DNA of 53,019 bases from Verrucomicrobiota bacterium (lineage in GTDB: Bacteria > Verrucomicrobiota > Verrucomicrobiia > Limisphaerales > Palsa-1400). The DNA is taken from the NCBI GenBank assembly GCA_049510745.1, contig JBEKYR010000038.1:1-53019 (forward strand). Reading direction: 5' to 3'. Numbering within the stretch: position 1 is the stretch's first letter; the number at the start of each line of letters is the position of its first letter. Shown piece by piece: positions 38,401-47,346 of this stretch. The position numbers and the translations under genes were made by a program. Below the pieces are notes generated by a model. That model searched no databases, was not told the DNA's origin, and saw only the letters and a list, made by a program, of their open reading frames with translations.

Positions 38401-39796
38401 GGACGGATCATTCAGGGTGCTCGCCAGCAGCCGTCGCCAGCCCGCCGCGAGCTTGCTGGACACGGTGGAGGATTACGGATCACCCCATCTTTTTCTCACT
38501 GCCGACCGCACGCTGCATGTTTGCGTCGGCAATGACGTCTATGCCTTCTCGTCCGCCACGAACGATTGGATACATATTGCCACGGTGCCAAACATGAAGA
38601 CTTCCTTCTATTTTGCGTGGGATGACGGTTTCCTAGCTTCGGTCGGCTCCTTGGGCGGTCAATGGTGGGGGATGTTGGGCACGCTCTCTTGCCCGGAACC
38701 TTTGTTCCGGAAGCCACCGCGTCGCGGACAGGTGATCGCCCCCCGCCTGGGTCCCCAACAGGAAAAGCGTCCGACGCCACGGTGGCCGAGTTCCATGCCA
38801 AGCACCGATGTTTGCTCCGAAGGCGACCAAATATGGTTTTTGGTGGATCCCAGCGAATCCAAGTTCGGCGCCTATGCCAAAGGTCAAATGCAACCCGCGC
38901 AACAAGAGACAGACCAGGGCTTGTCGCTGGTTGGATTCAAAGTCGGCGAAGAAAAACCCATCAAGGTACCACTGCTGTTGGCCAAGGATGGATTCACGAC
39001 CGTGAGGGGGCAGCCCAACCGGCCGGTCGGTCCGCGGTGGAATCAGTGGATTCTTCAGTGGACACCCCAAGGGTTGATGGCCACCCATAACGGTGTTCCT
39101 GGATTCTGGCTCATTCCCAAAGCTGAATTGGATCAAGCCGTTGAATCCAATTACGCTCAACGTCGTCTGGAACAGGACGCGTTAAAGGCCCAGCATGAAA
39201 AATGGCGCCAGGAACTGCTCGCCGCTTACGACCGGAATCACAACGGGGTCTTCGAGCCGGAGGAAAAGGAAGCCATGCTGGACGACCCGCATTTTCTGGA
39301 ATTGTCGCTTCCAGACATCGACGCCAACCACAATGGACTGTTGGACGCGGAGGAACTGCGCTTTTTCGACGCCAACACAAACGGCGTGCTCGAACCCCAA
39401 GAGCAGGCAGCCATTGAGCAAACCTTGTCTTTGTTTGCCGACAAACTCATGGCCACGCTTGACCCGGACGAGGAGGGCAAGATTGACCCAGCCGACCTTC
39501 CAGCAGAACTATACATTCCAAGTCCTTTCCCGCAAAGGATCGGACCAAGGTTAATAAATCCGCTGGGTGAATACCGTGATGGTAGAATCGGCCATGATGA
39601 AGTGGTCGACCTCATGCAATCTTACCTGATCGGCAGCACGCGCGTTCGAGGCAACCCTGCTATTCCCCGCCGGCCGCCGTTTGAAAGGCCACGACAGGCT
39701 ATGGATGTCAAGTCGTTGTTCAAAGAGCGGGTGGAGACGTATTGGCGATCCTCCAAGCCGCTCAACAGCAGCCAGGCTGCGCCGGCCAAGCCTTGA
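35462..39796 (+). CDS. Large secreted protein with CsgG-like N-terminal repeats and EF-hand-like motifs
   Basis: Signal peptide; LLERNEIQKVYREQ and VLERRRMELL; DRNHNGVFEPEE, DANHNGLLDAEE, DANTNGVLEPQE, DPDEEGKIDPAD. Confidence 0.65.
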   Translation: MKRAFLILAILIFAPPLPAQTNERVRLALIADSDEASAALDVLTVELSGDKKVELLERNEIQKVYREQGLSALNQDYLKLGRILGADGLLVVHLSKEGDSALLSLRLVAVKPGIALDQHEYPWPLDDPGQWSSLVAAQFRSWFPKLAVLPQDAVPISILNLRSALASAGSEALERELTSLLYNRLVKERDIFVLERRRMELLTEEKELNNATESSFWNGSFLIEGVIDKQGFNPNKLSLDIQLTPRNTKEIVSLAVTGPRTNLPAVINDLALRILAAVKLEGAPTKWDPQAEAERYYAEAKWMFKWHLFQEAKAASEAAWALGQKSREVADLRIRAYEGSAGDPGMCVIQNEIHHVVFGEQFKARHHDPSQIAAFAKAPAPDRFADMVGALELYAEAFRLFVAPGQKPDAAWLNLGVQLVDRASQWLRYHYFTVEARSGQEGRIEEAKRLCREIAGTLAGNPDLAAADTNHAILTIQAEHSAFWMETPEEGLEIYRKLVEAGQWPLVRRRFFNAESFHLSLQGHQYGITRRGISDGMQEYYNGPPGHLANLANPCLAGWKWEDRKRGPAVWSGFIDELCRSSKPLTLLEGRILQCSYSWSEEDFENNLRQLLSLVQEQEEALVAAGLAETLLNDLRTLVEGRKDSLTDARRARIKDEVWADFERQFKEFLKQKERALRDLKDQQKRLTMQDERKNYLETQTNFDFMSFAKILHQADYTPGEANELLPLLTNYAMRISSNNAATTATQLERRRKEVNQKQAKFWIGTLENKLTAVISGLPPRTNAAPLLATAKTPSPAAAVAKPGEAPAPPGAKSPLATAAVKPLSVSRFWQIPIPDDLSTPDTANGGIPSPFQGRASLRQIAWACYRDGKLWTEVRYDQLGIAGRADFFGIDLTTFAAEKISFEDQRFSLPNLISGDRAGAFEVHRGYLYLSLQDSVSRCSLKDGSWNQFPVPATGKIGVARLGDRLFFTTENSILEYNPDGSFRVLASSRRQPAASLLDTVEDYGSPHLFLTADRTLHVCVGNDVYAFSSATNDWIHIATVPNMKTSFYFAWDDGFLASVGSLGGQWWGMLGTLSCPEPLFRKPPRRGQVIAPRLGPQQEKRPTPRWPSSMPSTDVCSEGDQIWFLVDPSESKFGAYAKGQMQPAQQETDQGLSLVGFKVGEEKPIKVPLLLAKDGFTTVRGQPNRPVGPRWNQWILQWTPQGLMATHNGVPGFWLIPKAELDQAVESNYAQRRLEQDALKAQHEKWRQELLAAYDRNHNGVFEPEEKEAMLDDPHFLELSLPDIDANHNGLLDAEELRFFDANTNGVLEPQEQAAIEQTLSLFADKLMATLDPDEEGKIDPADLPAELYIPSPFPQRIGPRLINPLGEYRDGRIGHDEVVDLMQSYLIGSTRVRGNPAIPRRPPFERPRQAMDVKSLFKERVETYWRSSKPLNSSQAAPAKP

Positions 39797-39802
39797 GAGA
39801 CC

Positions 39803-41089
39803 ATGAATCCGAAACCTCACCTGCGAATCAACGTCCGCCACGTTCTCCTGATTCTGCTCCTTTTCATGGTTTCCGCCGGGCGCGCTCAACCAACCATTGC
39901 GACCAAGAATTCTTCCGCGGCAAACCCGCTTGCTCTTTCGTCAAATGTCGCCTCTGCCCGGTGGACGAGCATGTCCTCACCCGAACTTCTCCGGGCGGCT
40001 GAAGCTGGAGAGGCCCAGGCTCAATACTTCTATTGGTCCCGCCAAGAGAAGGAGGCGAATGAGGAAGAGGGGCGTTTATACGACGAAATCTTTGCCCTGG
40101 AGCATCGATTGAAAGGGGACGAACAACAGTGGGCAGAAGCCAGGTGGGGGGCCGGCGCGCGAGTTGAACTGGGCAAAGTGCCCCAATACGGGGATAGCGG
40201 CGCCCAAATCTCTCTTGACAGGCAGAAGGTGGATCAAGTGATTCAACGTGCGGTCAAAGCGTTTGAATGGCTGGAAAGATCGGCAAACCAGGGACTCCCC
40301 TTGGCCGAATATGACGCCGCCATCCGCTATCTTGGAGAGAGCGGCTGGATGATCATTAAGATGGACGAGTCGAAAGGCCTCAGTTTCTTGCAGCGGGCGG
40401 CTGATCACGGATGGGCAGCCGCGCAGTATAAACTGGGTGAGGCCTGCCTCGTCGGTGAGTTTTTGCCCCGGGACATCCCGAAAGCAATCGCATACCTGCA
40501 AAAGGCAGCCGACCAGGGCGGGCCCCGCTCACAATATACCCTTGCGCAATTATACGCCAACGGCGAGGGCGTTCCGCGCAGCGATGCCGACTCGCCCGTG
40601 GCGTTGCTCCGCAAGTCAGCCGGAAGCGGCAATCATCTTGCCTTGCATGCGCTGGCTGATCGTTACCGCACGGGCCTGGGGGTGCCGGTTGACTATGTCC
40701 GATCCATTCGCCTTTACCAGGCCGCGCTCGAAGCCGAAGCGAAGATAAGCTCGTATCCGCAAGGGCGCGACGCGGACATATTCCAATTCCTTGACGGCAA
40801 TCTCGATCCCAGGCCCGGTTTCAACGGGGACTTTATAAACTTCGCCAAGGTCTTGAGCATTTACCTCAAAGCGACCGAGCGAGAGGACGCCGCGGCCATG
40901 AGCCAACTGGGCGATTGGTATGTCGCCGGACGATTTGTGCCCAAAGATTTGGTTCAAGCCTGCCGCTGGTACAATCGGGCCGCGGTTCGTGGCGCTCCAG
41001 ATGCCGTCGAAAAGCGGGACCGCATGAAAGCCAGGCTGAGTTCCGATCAAATCAGACAGGCGTTGAGATCTTCCGATGAGCCGGAATAG
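39803..41089 (+). CDS. Secreted Sel1-repeat protein
   Basis: AQYKLG, KAADQG, LAQLYANGEGV, LGDWY..G..VPKD..QACRWY. Confidence 0.85.
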   Translation: MNPKPHLRINVRHVLLILLLFMVSAGRAQPTIATKNSSAANPLALSSNVASARWTSMSSPELLRAAEAGEAQAQYFYWSRQEKEANEEEGRLYDEIFALEHRLKGDEQQWAEARWGAGARVELGKVPQYGDSGAQISLDRQKVDQVIQRAVKAFEWLERSANQGLPLAEYDAAIRYLGESGWMIIKMDESKGLSFLQRAADHGWAAAQYKLGEACLVGEFLPRDIPKAIAYLQKAADQGGPRSQYTLAQLYANGEGVPRSDADSPVALLRKSAGSGNHLALHALADRYRTGLGVPVDYVRSIRLYQAALEAEAKISSYPQGRDADIFQFLDGNLDPRPGFNGDFINFAKVLSIYLKATEREDAAAMSQLGDWYVAGRFVPKDLVQACRWYNRAAVRGAPDAVEKRDRMKARLSSDQIRQALRSSDEPE

Positions 41090-41129
41090 GATTTGTTCCC
41101 ATTCACCGGATTTTCGACCATGATTTTTA

Positions 41130-41160
41130 TCAAAGGATTTGCCGGCCGGAACTGTCCTAA
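41130..41160 (+). promoter_or_regulatory. Putative ECF sigma promoter (second copy)
   Basis: TCAAAGGATTTG-N11-TGTCCTAA, 9 nt before ATG 41170. Confidence 0.7.
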
Positions 41161-41169
41161 TAGTAAGAA

Positions 41170-42003
41170 ATGAGATCGCTCAAGGCATCCATGCTGCTGG
41201 CGGCGGCCTGCTCCTGGCCGGGCCTGGCTGGCGCGCAGTTGGAAATGGTCACCAACGCCGAACCGCAGCGGCTTTTTGCCGGCCCCGGAAAACCGGTCGC
41301 CGTGGTTTTTCACAATCCGGGCCAACAAGCCTTTGAGGGCGAAGTTCGCGCGCGAGTTTTGGAAACCGGTTCGACGACGGCGGTTCGATGGAGCGACACG
41401 GCGTGGAAAAGGCTGCAAGTGCTGCCGCAGCAAACGGTGCTGGAATCCGCGCGCCTTGATTTTCCGGCGGTGAGGGCGGAGACGACGTTTCTCATTCAGT
41501 GGCTGGAAGACACAAACCGGGTCATTGGGCTGACCCAAGTATGGGTCTATCCGTCCAATCTGCTGGCGGAGTTAAAACCCCTGGCGGGCGCGGAGCCTGT
41601 GGGCATTTTTGATCCACAAAACCAAATCAAGCCGCTGCTGAAAAACCTGCAATTGCCCTTCACGGATTTGGAGATTTCCGATTTGGAAACCTTTCCGGGC
41701 AAACTTGCCCTCATCGGCCCGTTCCAATCGAGGGCGCAGATGCGCGAAGGTTTGGCGGAGCAAATCCAGACGCTCGCCAAGAAAGGCGCGGCCGTGGTCT
41801 GGCTTCAGCCGCCGCCCGAGCGGCATGACGCCATCGTGCCATCGTTCTATGCCGTGCCGGAAGGCAAAGGCGCGGTGGTGATTGTCGGGGCGGATTTGGT
41901 ATCGGGCCTGTCTGAAAACCCGCAAGCCCAACTTCATCTGGTTCAGTGTTCCCGGTTGGCGCTGAATCCAAAACCGTTCTGTCTGCCCAACCTGACGCGC
42001 TGA
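41170..42003 (+). CDS. Secreted hypothetical protein
   Basis: Signal peptide; beta-rich N-terminal half. Confidence 0.6.
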   Translation: MRSLKASMLLAAACSWPGLAGAQLEMVTNAEPQRLFAGPGKPVAVVFHNPGQQAFEGEVRARVLETGSTTAVRWSDTAWKRLQVLPQQTVLESARLDFPAVRAETTFLIQWLEDTNRVIGLTQVWVYPSNLLAELKPLAGAEPVGIFDPQNQIKPLLKNLQLPFTDLEISDLETFPGKLALIGPFQSRAQMREGLAEQIQTLAKKGAAVVWLQPPPERHDAIVPSFYAVPEGKGAVVIVGADLVSGLSENPQAQLHLVQCSRLALNPKPFCLPNLTR

Positions 42004-42023
42004 CCTTAAATCAAAAACAGATT

Positions 42024-42953
42024 ATGAAAACACGAATTCCATTGTTGCTGGCTCTGTTGTTGTCCGCGTGTGCCACTGCCCATGCGGCCGGGACCGGGGT
42101 TCTTACCGTTGCCGTCTTCGACTTCGAATCCAAGGATGAGGCTGTGCATGACCTGGGGCCGAAAGTCGCCACCCTGGTCAACGCCACTCTGTCGGCCGAA
42201 TCGAACCTGGTCACCGTTGAACGGGTGGACTTGGAAAAGGCCCTCAGCGAACAGGAACTTGGGCTGTCGGGCACCGTGTCGCCCGAGACGGCCGCCAAAG
42301 TGGGAAGCTTGACCGGGGCCAAAGTGCTGGTCACCGGCCGGGTGTTCAGAACGGACAATGAATTGATCGTGGTGGCTAAAATAATCGGCACGGAAACCAG
42401 CCGTGTGTATGGCGAAATCGTCAAAGGAGCCGTGCAGGGGTCCCTCGCCGATTTAGCCGCGAGTTTGGCGAAGAAGATTGCCGCGGACGTGGCCGAGAAA
42501 GGCGACACGCTGGTGGCAAAGGTCGAGACGCACGAGGAGCGGGTGGAAAAAATCAAAAAGGCGCTGGATGGCAAAAAGCTGCCGGCTGTTTCGGTGAAAA
42601 TTGCGGAGCAACATTTCGGGCAGCATGTCATTGACCCGGCGGCGCAAACCGAGATGTCGCTCATGTTGCAGCAATGTGGATTCACGGTGGTGGACGACAA
42701 ATCGCCGCAGAAGGCGGAGGTCGAAATCACCGGCGAGGCGCTGAGCGAGTTCGGCCTGCGCAAAGGCAACCTGCAATGCTGCCGCGCGCGCATCGAAATC
42801 AAAGTTCATGAGGTCTCCTCCGGCCAGGTTATTTCCGTGGATCGTCAGACCAGTGTGGCGGTGGATCTAAGCGAGCATATCGCGGCTAAAACCGCGCTGC
42901 AAAATGGCGCGGAGGCATTAGCGGGGCGGTTGTTTCCCAAATTGGGCAAATGA
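42024..42953 (+). CDS. CsgG/HfaB family protein
   Basis: Signal peptide; VAVFDF, VERVDLEKALSEQELG, AAKVGSLTGAKVLVTG. Confidence 0.8.
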   Translation: MKTRIPLLLALLLSACATAHAAGTGVLTVAVFDFESKDEAVHDLGPKVATLVNATLSAESNLVTVERVDLEKALSEQELGLSGTVSPETAAKVGSLTGAKVLVTGRVFRTDNELIVVAKIIGTETSRVYGEIVKGAVQGSLADLAASLAKKIAADVAEKGDTLVAKVETHEERVEKIKKALDGKKLPAVSVKIAEQHFGQHVIDPAAQTEMSLMLQQCGFTVVDDKSPQKAEVEITGEALSEFGLRKGNLQCCRARIEIKVHEVSSGQVISVDRQTSVAVDLSEHIAAKTALQNGAEALAGRLFPKLGK

Positions 42954-43047
42954 ATCAACCGCCGCGGTCTTGTCCGCCACCCCGTCATGCGGCGTAACCG
43001 CCGAATGCCGGCCGGAATGTCCGCAAAGCCCAGGTCAAACGGACGCC

Positions 43048-43329
43048 TTACGCCAGCGTGATCTTGTCTTCTTTTCTGAGGGTGACGATGGCCTTTTTCC
43101 AGTGGGGGGCGCGGCCTTCGAAAGGGGTGCGGCTGCGGCGGGCTTTGCCGCGGACGTTGAGGGTGTTGACCCTGAGCACTTTGACTTTGAACAGTTCCTG
43201 CACGGCCTGGCGGATTTCCCCCTTGTTGGCGCGGCGGTCGGCCACGACGGTGTACTGATTGTACTTCTCAGACTGGCGTGTGCCCTTTTCGGTCACGCGC
43301 ATGGTCTTGATGATTTCGTAAGAGTTCAT
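43048..43329 (-). CDS. rplW: 50S ribosomal protein L23
   Basis: TEK, ANK.EIRQAVQELFKVKV..VNT, WKKAIVTL. Confidence 0.96.
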   Translation of the reverse strand: MNSYEIIKTMRVTEKGTRQSEKYNQYTVVADRRANKGEIRQAVQELFKVKVLRVNTLNVRGKARRSRTPFEGRAPHWKKAIVTLRKEDKITLA

Positions 43330-43330
43330 T

Positions 43331-43957
43331 TTATTCCTTGGCCAGCCGGCGCTCAACGTGCTCGAAAGCGCCGCGGGTGAAAATCAGTTTGTCGCGCCGC
43401 AAGACCTGGTAGGTGTTGAGGGCCTCGCCGGTCGTGACCTCGATGTCGCGGATGTTGCGCGAGGCGAGGCGCAGGTTCTGGTCGGCACCGGTGGAGACGA
43501 ACAGGGCGCTGCCTTGAATTTGCAGGGCGTCCAAAATGGCGAGAAATTCCTTGGTCTTCGGGGTGGCGAGCTTGATGTCGTCAAGGATAAGAACATCCCC
43601 GGCCTGCAGGCGCGCGCTCAACGCCTTGCGCAAGGCCAGTTGCCGGGTGCCACGGCTGACCTTGTTGGAAAAATCGCGGGGCCTGGGGCCGAAGACAACG
43701 CCGCCGCCGCGCCAGAGGGGAGATTGAAAGGAACCGGCGCGCGCGCGGCCCGTGCCTTTTTGGCGCCACGGCTTTTTGTTGGTGCCGGCGACTTCGCCGA
43801 CGTTCTTGGTGGAGGCGGTGCCCATGCGCTGGGCGGCGTTGTGGGCGACCACGGTTTGGTGGACGGCTTCGCTGCCCTTGCCGTTTTCGATCACGGGGAA
43901 TTTGACTTCGAATTCGCCCTGATCCTTGCCCTGGATGTCTTTGACCGTAAGCTTCAT
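43331..43957 (-). CDS. rplD: 50S ribosomal protein L4
   Basis: [28 protein letters not shown]. Confidence 0.98.
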   Translation of the reverse strand: MKLTVKDIQGKDQGEFEVKFPVIENGKGSEAVHQTVVAHNAAQRMGTASTKNVGEVAGTNKKPWRQKGTGRARAGSFQSPLWRGGGVVFGPRPRDFSNKVSRGTRQLALRKALSARLQAGDVLILDDIKLATPKTKEFLAILDALQIQGSALFVSTGADQNLRLASRNIRDIEVTTGEALNTYQVLRRDKLIFTRGAFEHVERRLAKE

Positions 43958-43960
43958 AAA

Positions 43961-44743
43961 CTATTTGTTCTGGGCGGCCGGTTTGGCAGGAGCGGCGGCA
44001 GCCGGTTTGGCAGGAGCGGCAGCCGGCTTGGCGGCTTTCGGGGCCTTGGGGGCCGGAGCTTCCGGGGCGGCGGCGGCCTGGAGGGCCAGGCGGCGCTTGG
44101 CCCGCTCGGAGCCTTTGGGCAGTTTCTTGGCTTCGCGGATGACGACGTAATCGTTGTTCGCTCCGGGAATGGCGCCCTTGATCAGCAATAAATTGTCGGC
44201 TTCGCGCACCTGGATGACCTGGAGGTTTTGGGCGGTGCGGCGGACCTGGCCCATGTGGCCGGGCATTTTCATGCCGCGCATGACGGTGCCGGGAAACAAG
44301 CGCTGGCCGATGGCGCCGGAACGCCGCCGCCAGCCTTTGGCGCCGTGCGAGGCGTCGCCGCCGCGGAAATTGTGCCGCTTCATCACCCCTTCGAAGCCGC
44401 GGCCTTTGGTGATGCCGATGGCATCCACAAAATCGCCCTGGGCGAAGATGCCGGGGCCGACGATGTCGCCGGGTTTGACTTGGAGGGTGAAATCGCGAAA
44501 TTCGCGGACGCGCTTGACGGCGGCGGCGCCAAATTTCTTGAAATGGCCCAGCAACGGCTTGGTGACGCGATGTTCCTTTTGGTCGTCAAAGCCCAGTTGG
44601 ACGGCGTTGTAGCCGTCGGATTGGACGGTTTTGGTCTGGATGACGCGGTTAGGCCCGGCCAGGACAACGGTGACCGGGACGAGGACGCCATGAGCGTCAT
44701 AGACGCTGGTCTGGCCGAGTTTTTTTCCTAAAAGTCCGAGCAT
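43961..44743 (-). CDS. rplC: 50S ribosomal protein L3
   Basis: GKKLG, DGYNAVQ, KGRGFEG.MKRH, KMPGHMG, KGAIPG. Confidence 0.98.
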   Translation of the reverse strand: MLGLLGKKLGQTSVYDAHGVLVPVTVVLAGPNRVIQTKTVQSDGYNAVQLGFDDQKEHRVTKPLLGHFKKFGAAAVKRVREFRDFTLQVKPGDIVGPGIFAQGDFVDAIGITKGRGFEGVMKRHNFRGGDASHGAKGWRRRSGAIGQRLFPGTVMRGMKMPGHMGQVRRTAQNLQVIQVREADNLLLIKGAIPGANNDYVVIREAKKLPKGSERAKRRLALQAAAAPEAPAPKAPKAAKPAAAPAKPAAAAPAKPAAQNK

Positions 44744-44755
44744 GGGAAGGGGGGG

Positions 44756-45064
44756 TTAAATCTTAATGGTGATGTCCACGCCGGCCGGGAGGTTCAATTT
44801 CTTGAGTTCGTCCACCGTCTTGGCCGTCGGCTCGATGATGTCGAGCAAACGTTTGTGGGTGCGTTGCTCGAAGGTTTCCTGCGACTTCTTGTCCGAGTGC
44901 GGGGAGCGCAGGACGGTGAAACGCTCGATGCGGGTGGGCAAAGGGATGGGGCCGGCGACTCGCGCCCCGGTGCGTTTGACGGTTTCGACGATGTCGTGCG
45001 CGGACTGGTCGATGACCCGATGGTCATAGGCCTTCAATCGGATGCGGATGCGTTGTCCAGCCAT
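44756..45064 (-). CDS. rpsJ: 30S ribosomal protein S10
   Basis: [27 protein letters not shown]. Confidence 0.98.
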   Translation of the reverse strand: MAGQRIRIRLKAYDHRVIDQSAHDIVETVKRTGARVAGPIPLPTRIERFTVLRSPHSDKKSQETFEQRTHKRLLDIIEPTAKTVDELKKLNLPAGVDITIKI

Positions 45065-45110
45065 AAAAAGAACAAATTAAAGAACAATTTTATAAAGAAC
45101 AGTTTTAAAC

Positions 45111-47309
45111 TTAACTCCTGGCGGCCGGCTTTTTGCCCGCCTGTTCCAGGATGACGCTCAGAATACTGGACGGAACCTGCTCGAACGTCAAGGGCTCCAT
45201 CGAGTAAGCCGCGCGGCCCTTGGAGAGCGAGCGGATCGCCGTCGCATAACCGAACATCTCGGCCAGCGGAGCGTGCGCGTTGAGTATGGTCTGTCCGTTC
45301 TTGGCGTCAATGCCAATTATTTTGCCGCGGCGGCGGTTGATGTCGCCCAGCAGATCGCCCTGGTATTCGTCGGGGGTGGTGACCTCGACCTTCATGATCG
45401 GTTCGAGCAGGATCGGGCCGGCTTTCTTGAAGGCGTCTTTGAGGGCAAAAATGCCCGCCATTTTGAAGGCCAATTCGTTGGAATCGACTTCGTGGAACGA
45501 CCCATCGATGATCTCCACCGTGATGTCGATGACCTGGTAACCGGCATAAACGCCGCTCTTGCAGGCTTCTTCGATGCCGTCGATGACGGCGGGGATGTAC
45601 TCCTTGGGAATGGCGCCGCCGACGATCTTGTTGAGGATTTCGACTCCCTTGCCGCGGGCGGCGCGGGCGATTTTGACGCAGGCATGGCCGTATTGGCCGC
45701 GGCCGCCGGATTGGCGGATGTACTTGCCCTCGCCCTCCGCGGCGCCGGTGATGGTTTCGCGGTAGGCGATTTGCGGCGCGCCGGTGCTGGCATCGACTTT
45801 GAATTCGCGCTTGAGGCGGTCCACGATGATTTCCAGGTGCAATTCACCCATGCCGGCGATGATAAGCTGGCCGGTTTCCTCGTTGTGAAAGCAGCGGAAG
45901 GTGGGGTCTTCCTCGGCCAACCGTTGCAACCCTTCGCCCAGCTTCTCGCGGTCGGCTTTGGTTTTTGGCTCGACGGCCATGCTGATGACCGGCTCCGGAA
46001 AGGTGGGTGGTTCGAGCATAACGTCGTAATCCTCGTCGCACAAAGTGTCCCCGGTCGTGATGTTGCGCAGACCTACCAGCGCGGCGATGTCGCCGGCATT
46101 GACGCGATCGACGTCCTTGCGTTCGCTGCCCTGAATGATCATCAGCCGGGCGACGCGCTCGCGGCGGCGGGTGCGGGGATTGTAAATGATGTCGCCCTTC
46201 TTAAGCTGGCCGGAATAGACGCGGAAAAAGACGAGCTTGCCCGCATAGACATCGGTCCAAAGTTTGAAGGCGAGGGAGCAGAATTTGCCGTGGTCATCGG
46301 CTTCGACCACGACGGTGTTGTCGGTGCCCGGTTCGATGCCCCTGGCGGATGGGATGTCGAGCGGGCTGGGCAGATAGTCGATGACGGAGTCGATGAGGGG
46401 CTGGACGGCCTTCTTTTTGAAAGCGGAGCCGCAGAGGACGGGGATAAACTCGTTCTTGCAGGTGAGGCGGCGAATGGCGGCTTTGAGGACCAGCGGTTCG
46501 ATGGGTTTGTCTTCGATGACCAATTCGGCGATTTCGTCATCCTTGTTGGAGACGGCATCGATCAACTCGGAGAGGGCCATCTGGGCTTTCTCGCGGGATT
46601 CCTCCGGTATGTCGATGATGGCGTAGCTGACGCCCTCTTTGACGACTTCGCCCTTGCCCCAGGTGATCGCCTTCTGATTGATGATGTCGATGACGCCTTG
46701 AAAGTTCTCTTCGGCGCCGATGGGCAGGAAAATGGGGTAGGCGTAGGCGTTGAGCTTCTTGCGCATGTCGTTGAGCGCATGCTCGAAGTTGGCGCCGGTG
46801 CGGTCCATTTTGTTGATGAAGGCGATGCGGGGCACCTTGTATTTGGTCGCCTGGCGCCAGACGGTTTCGGACTGGGGTTGGACGCCGGCCACGCCGCAAA
46901 AGACAGCCACGGCGCCGTCGAGCACGCGCATGGAGCGCTCGACTTCCGCGGTGAAATCGACGTGTCCGGGAGTGTCGATGATGTTGACGCGGTGGCCGAT
47001 GCCGGCAAAGAGCTTGGCCATGCCCTCTTCCTTCCTGGGCACCCAGTAGCAGGTGACGGCGGCGGAGGTGATGGTGATGCCGCGTTCGCGTTCCTGCTCC
47101 ATCCAGTCGGTGACGGTGTTGCCGTCATCGACATCGCCGATCTTGTGGATGAGGCCGGTATAAAAGAGGATGCGCTCGGTGGTGGTGGTCTTGCCGGCGT
47201 CGATGTGCGCGGCAATGCCAATGTTCCGAGTCCGCTCCATCGTGTAGGGACGAGAGGGCGAGTTCACTTCTTTTCTTTCCAAATTCTTTTCCAAAATTGC
47301 TTCAGTCAT
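45111..47309 (-). CDS. fusA: Elongation factor G
   Basis: AHIDAGKTT, ERGITI, DTPGHVDF, NKMD, GMGELHL, QSGGRGQY. Confidence 0.98.
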   Translation of the reverse strand: MTEAILEKNLERKEVNSPSRPYTMERTRNIGIAAHIDAGKTTTTERILFYTGLIHKIGDVDDGNTVTDWMEQERERGITITSAAVTCYWVPRKEEGMAKLFAGIGHRVNIIDTPGHVDFTAEVERSMRVLDGAVAVFCGVAGVQPQSETVWRQATKYKVPRIAFINKMDRTGANFEHALNDMRKKLNAYAYPIFLPIGAEENFQGVIDIINQKAITWGKGEVVKEGVSYAIIDIPEESREKAQMALSELIDAVSNKDDEIAELVIEDKPIEPLVLKAAIRRLTCKNEFIPVLCGSAFKKKAVQPLIDSVIDYLPSPLDIPSARGIEPGTDNTVVVEADDHGKFCSLAFKLWTDVYAGKLVFFRVYSGQLKKGDIIYNPRTRRRERVARLMIIQGSERKDVDRVNAGDIAALVGLRNITTGDTLCDEDYDVMLEPPTFPEPVISMAVEPKTKADREKLGEGLQRLAEEDPTFRCFHNEETGQLIIAGMGELHLEIIVDRLKREFKVDASTGAPQIAYRETITGAAEGEGKYIRQSGGRGQYGHACVKIARAARGKGVEILNKIVGGAIPKEYIPAVIDGIEEACKSGVYAGYQVIDITVEIIDGSFHEVDSNELAFKMAGIFALKDAFKKAGPILLEPIMKVEVTTPDEYQGDLLGDINRRRGKIIGIDAKNGQTILNAHAPLAEMFGYATAIRSLSKGRAAYSMEPLTFEQVPSSILSVILEQAGKKPAARS

Positions 47310-47314
47310 ACAAT

Positions 47315-47346
47315 AAAAATGCCCCGAAGGACTTTCGAGCCGGGGC
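47315..47346 (-). terminator. Hairpin plus U-tract between rpsG and fusA
   Basis: Minus strand GCCCCG-N14-CGGGGC-ATTTTT. Confidence 0.45.

Noticed and set aside
45065..45110. Absence of tuf after fusA as a novelty
   Set aside because: Direct fusA-rpsJ linkage without tuf is known in several phyla
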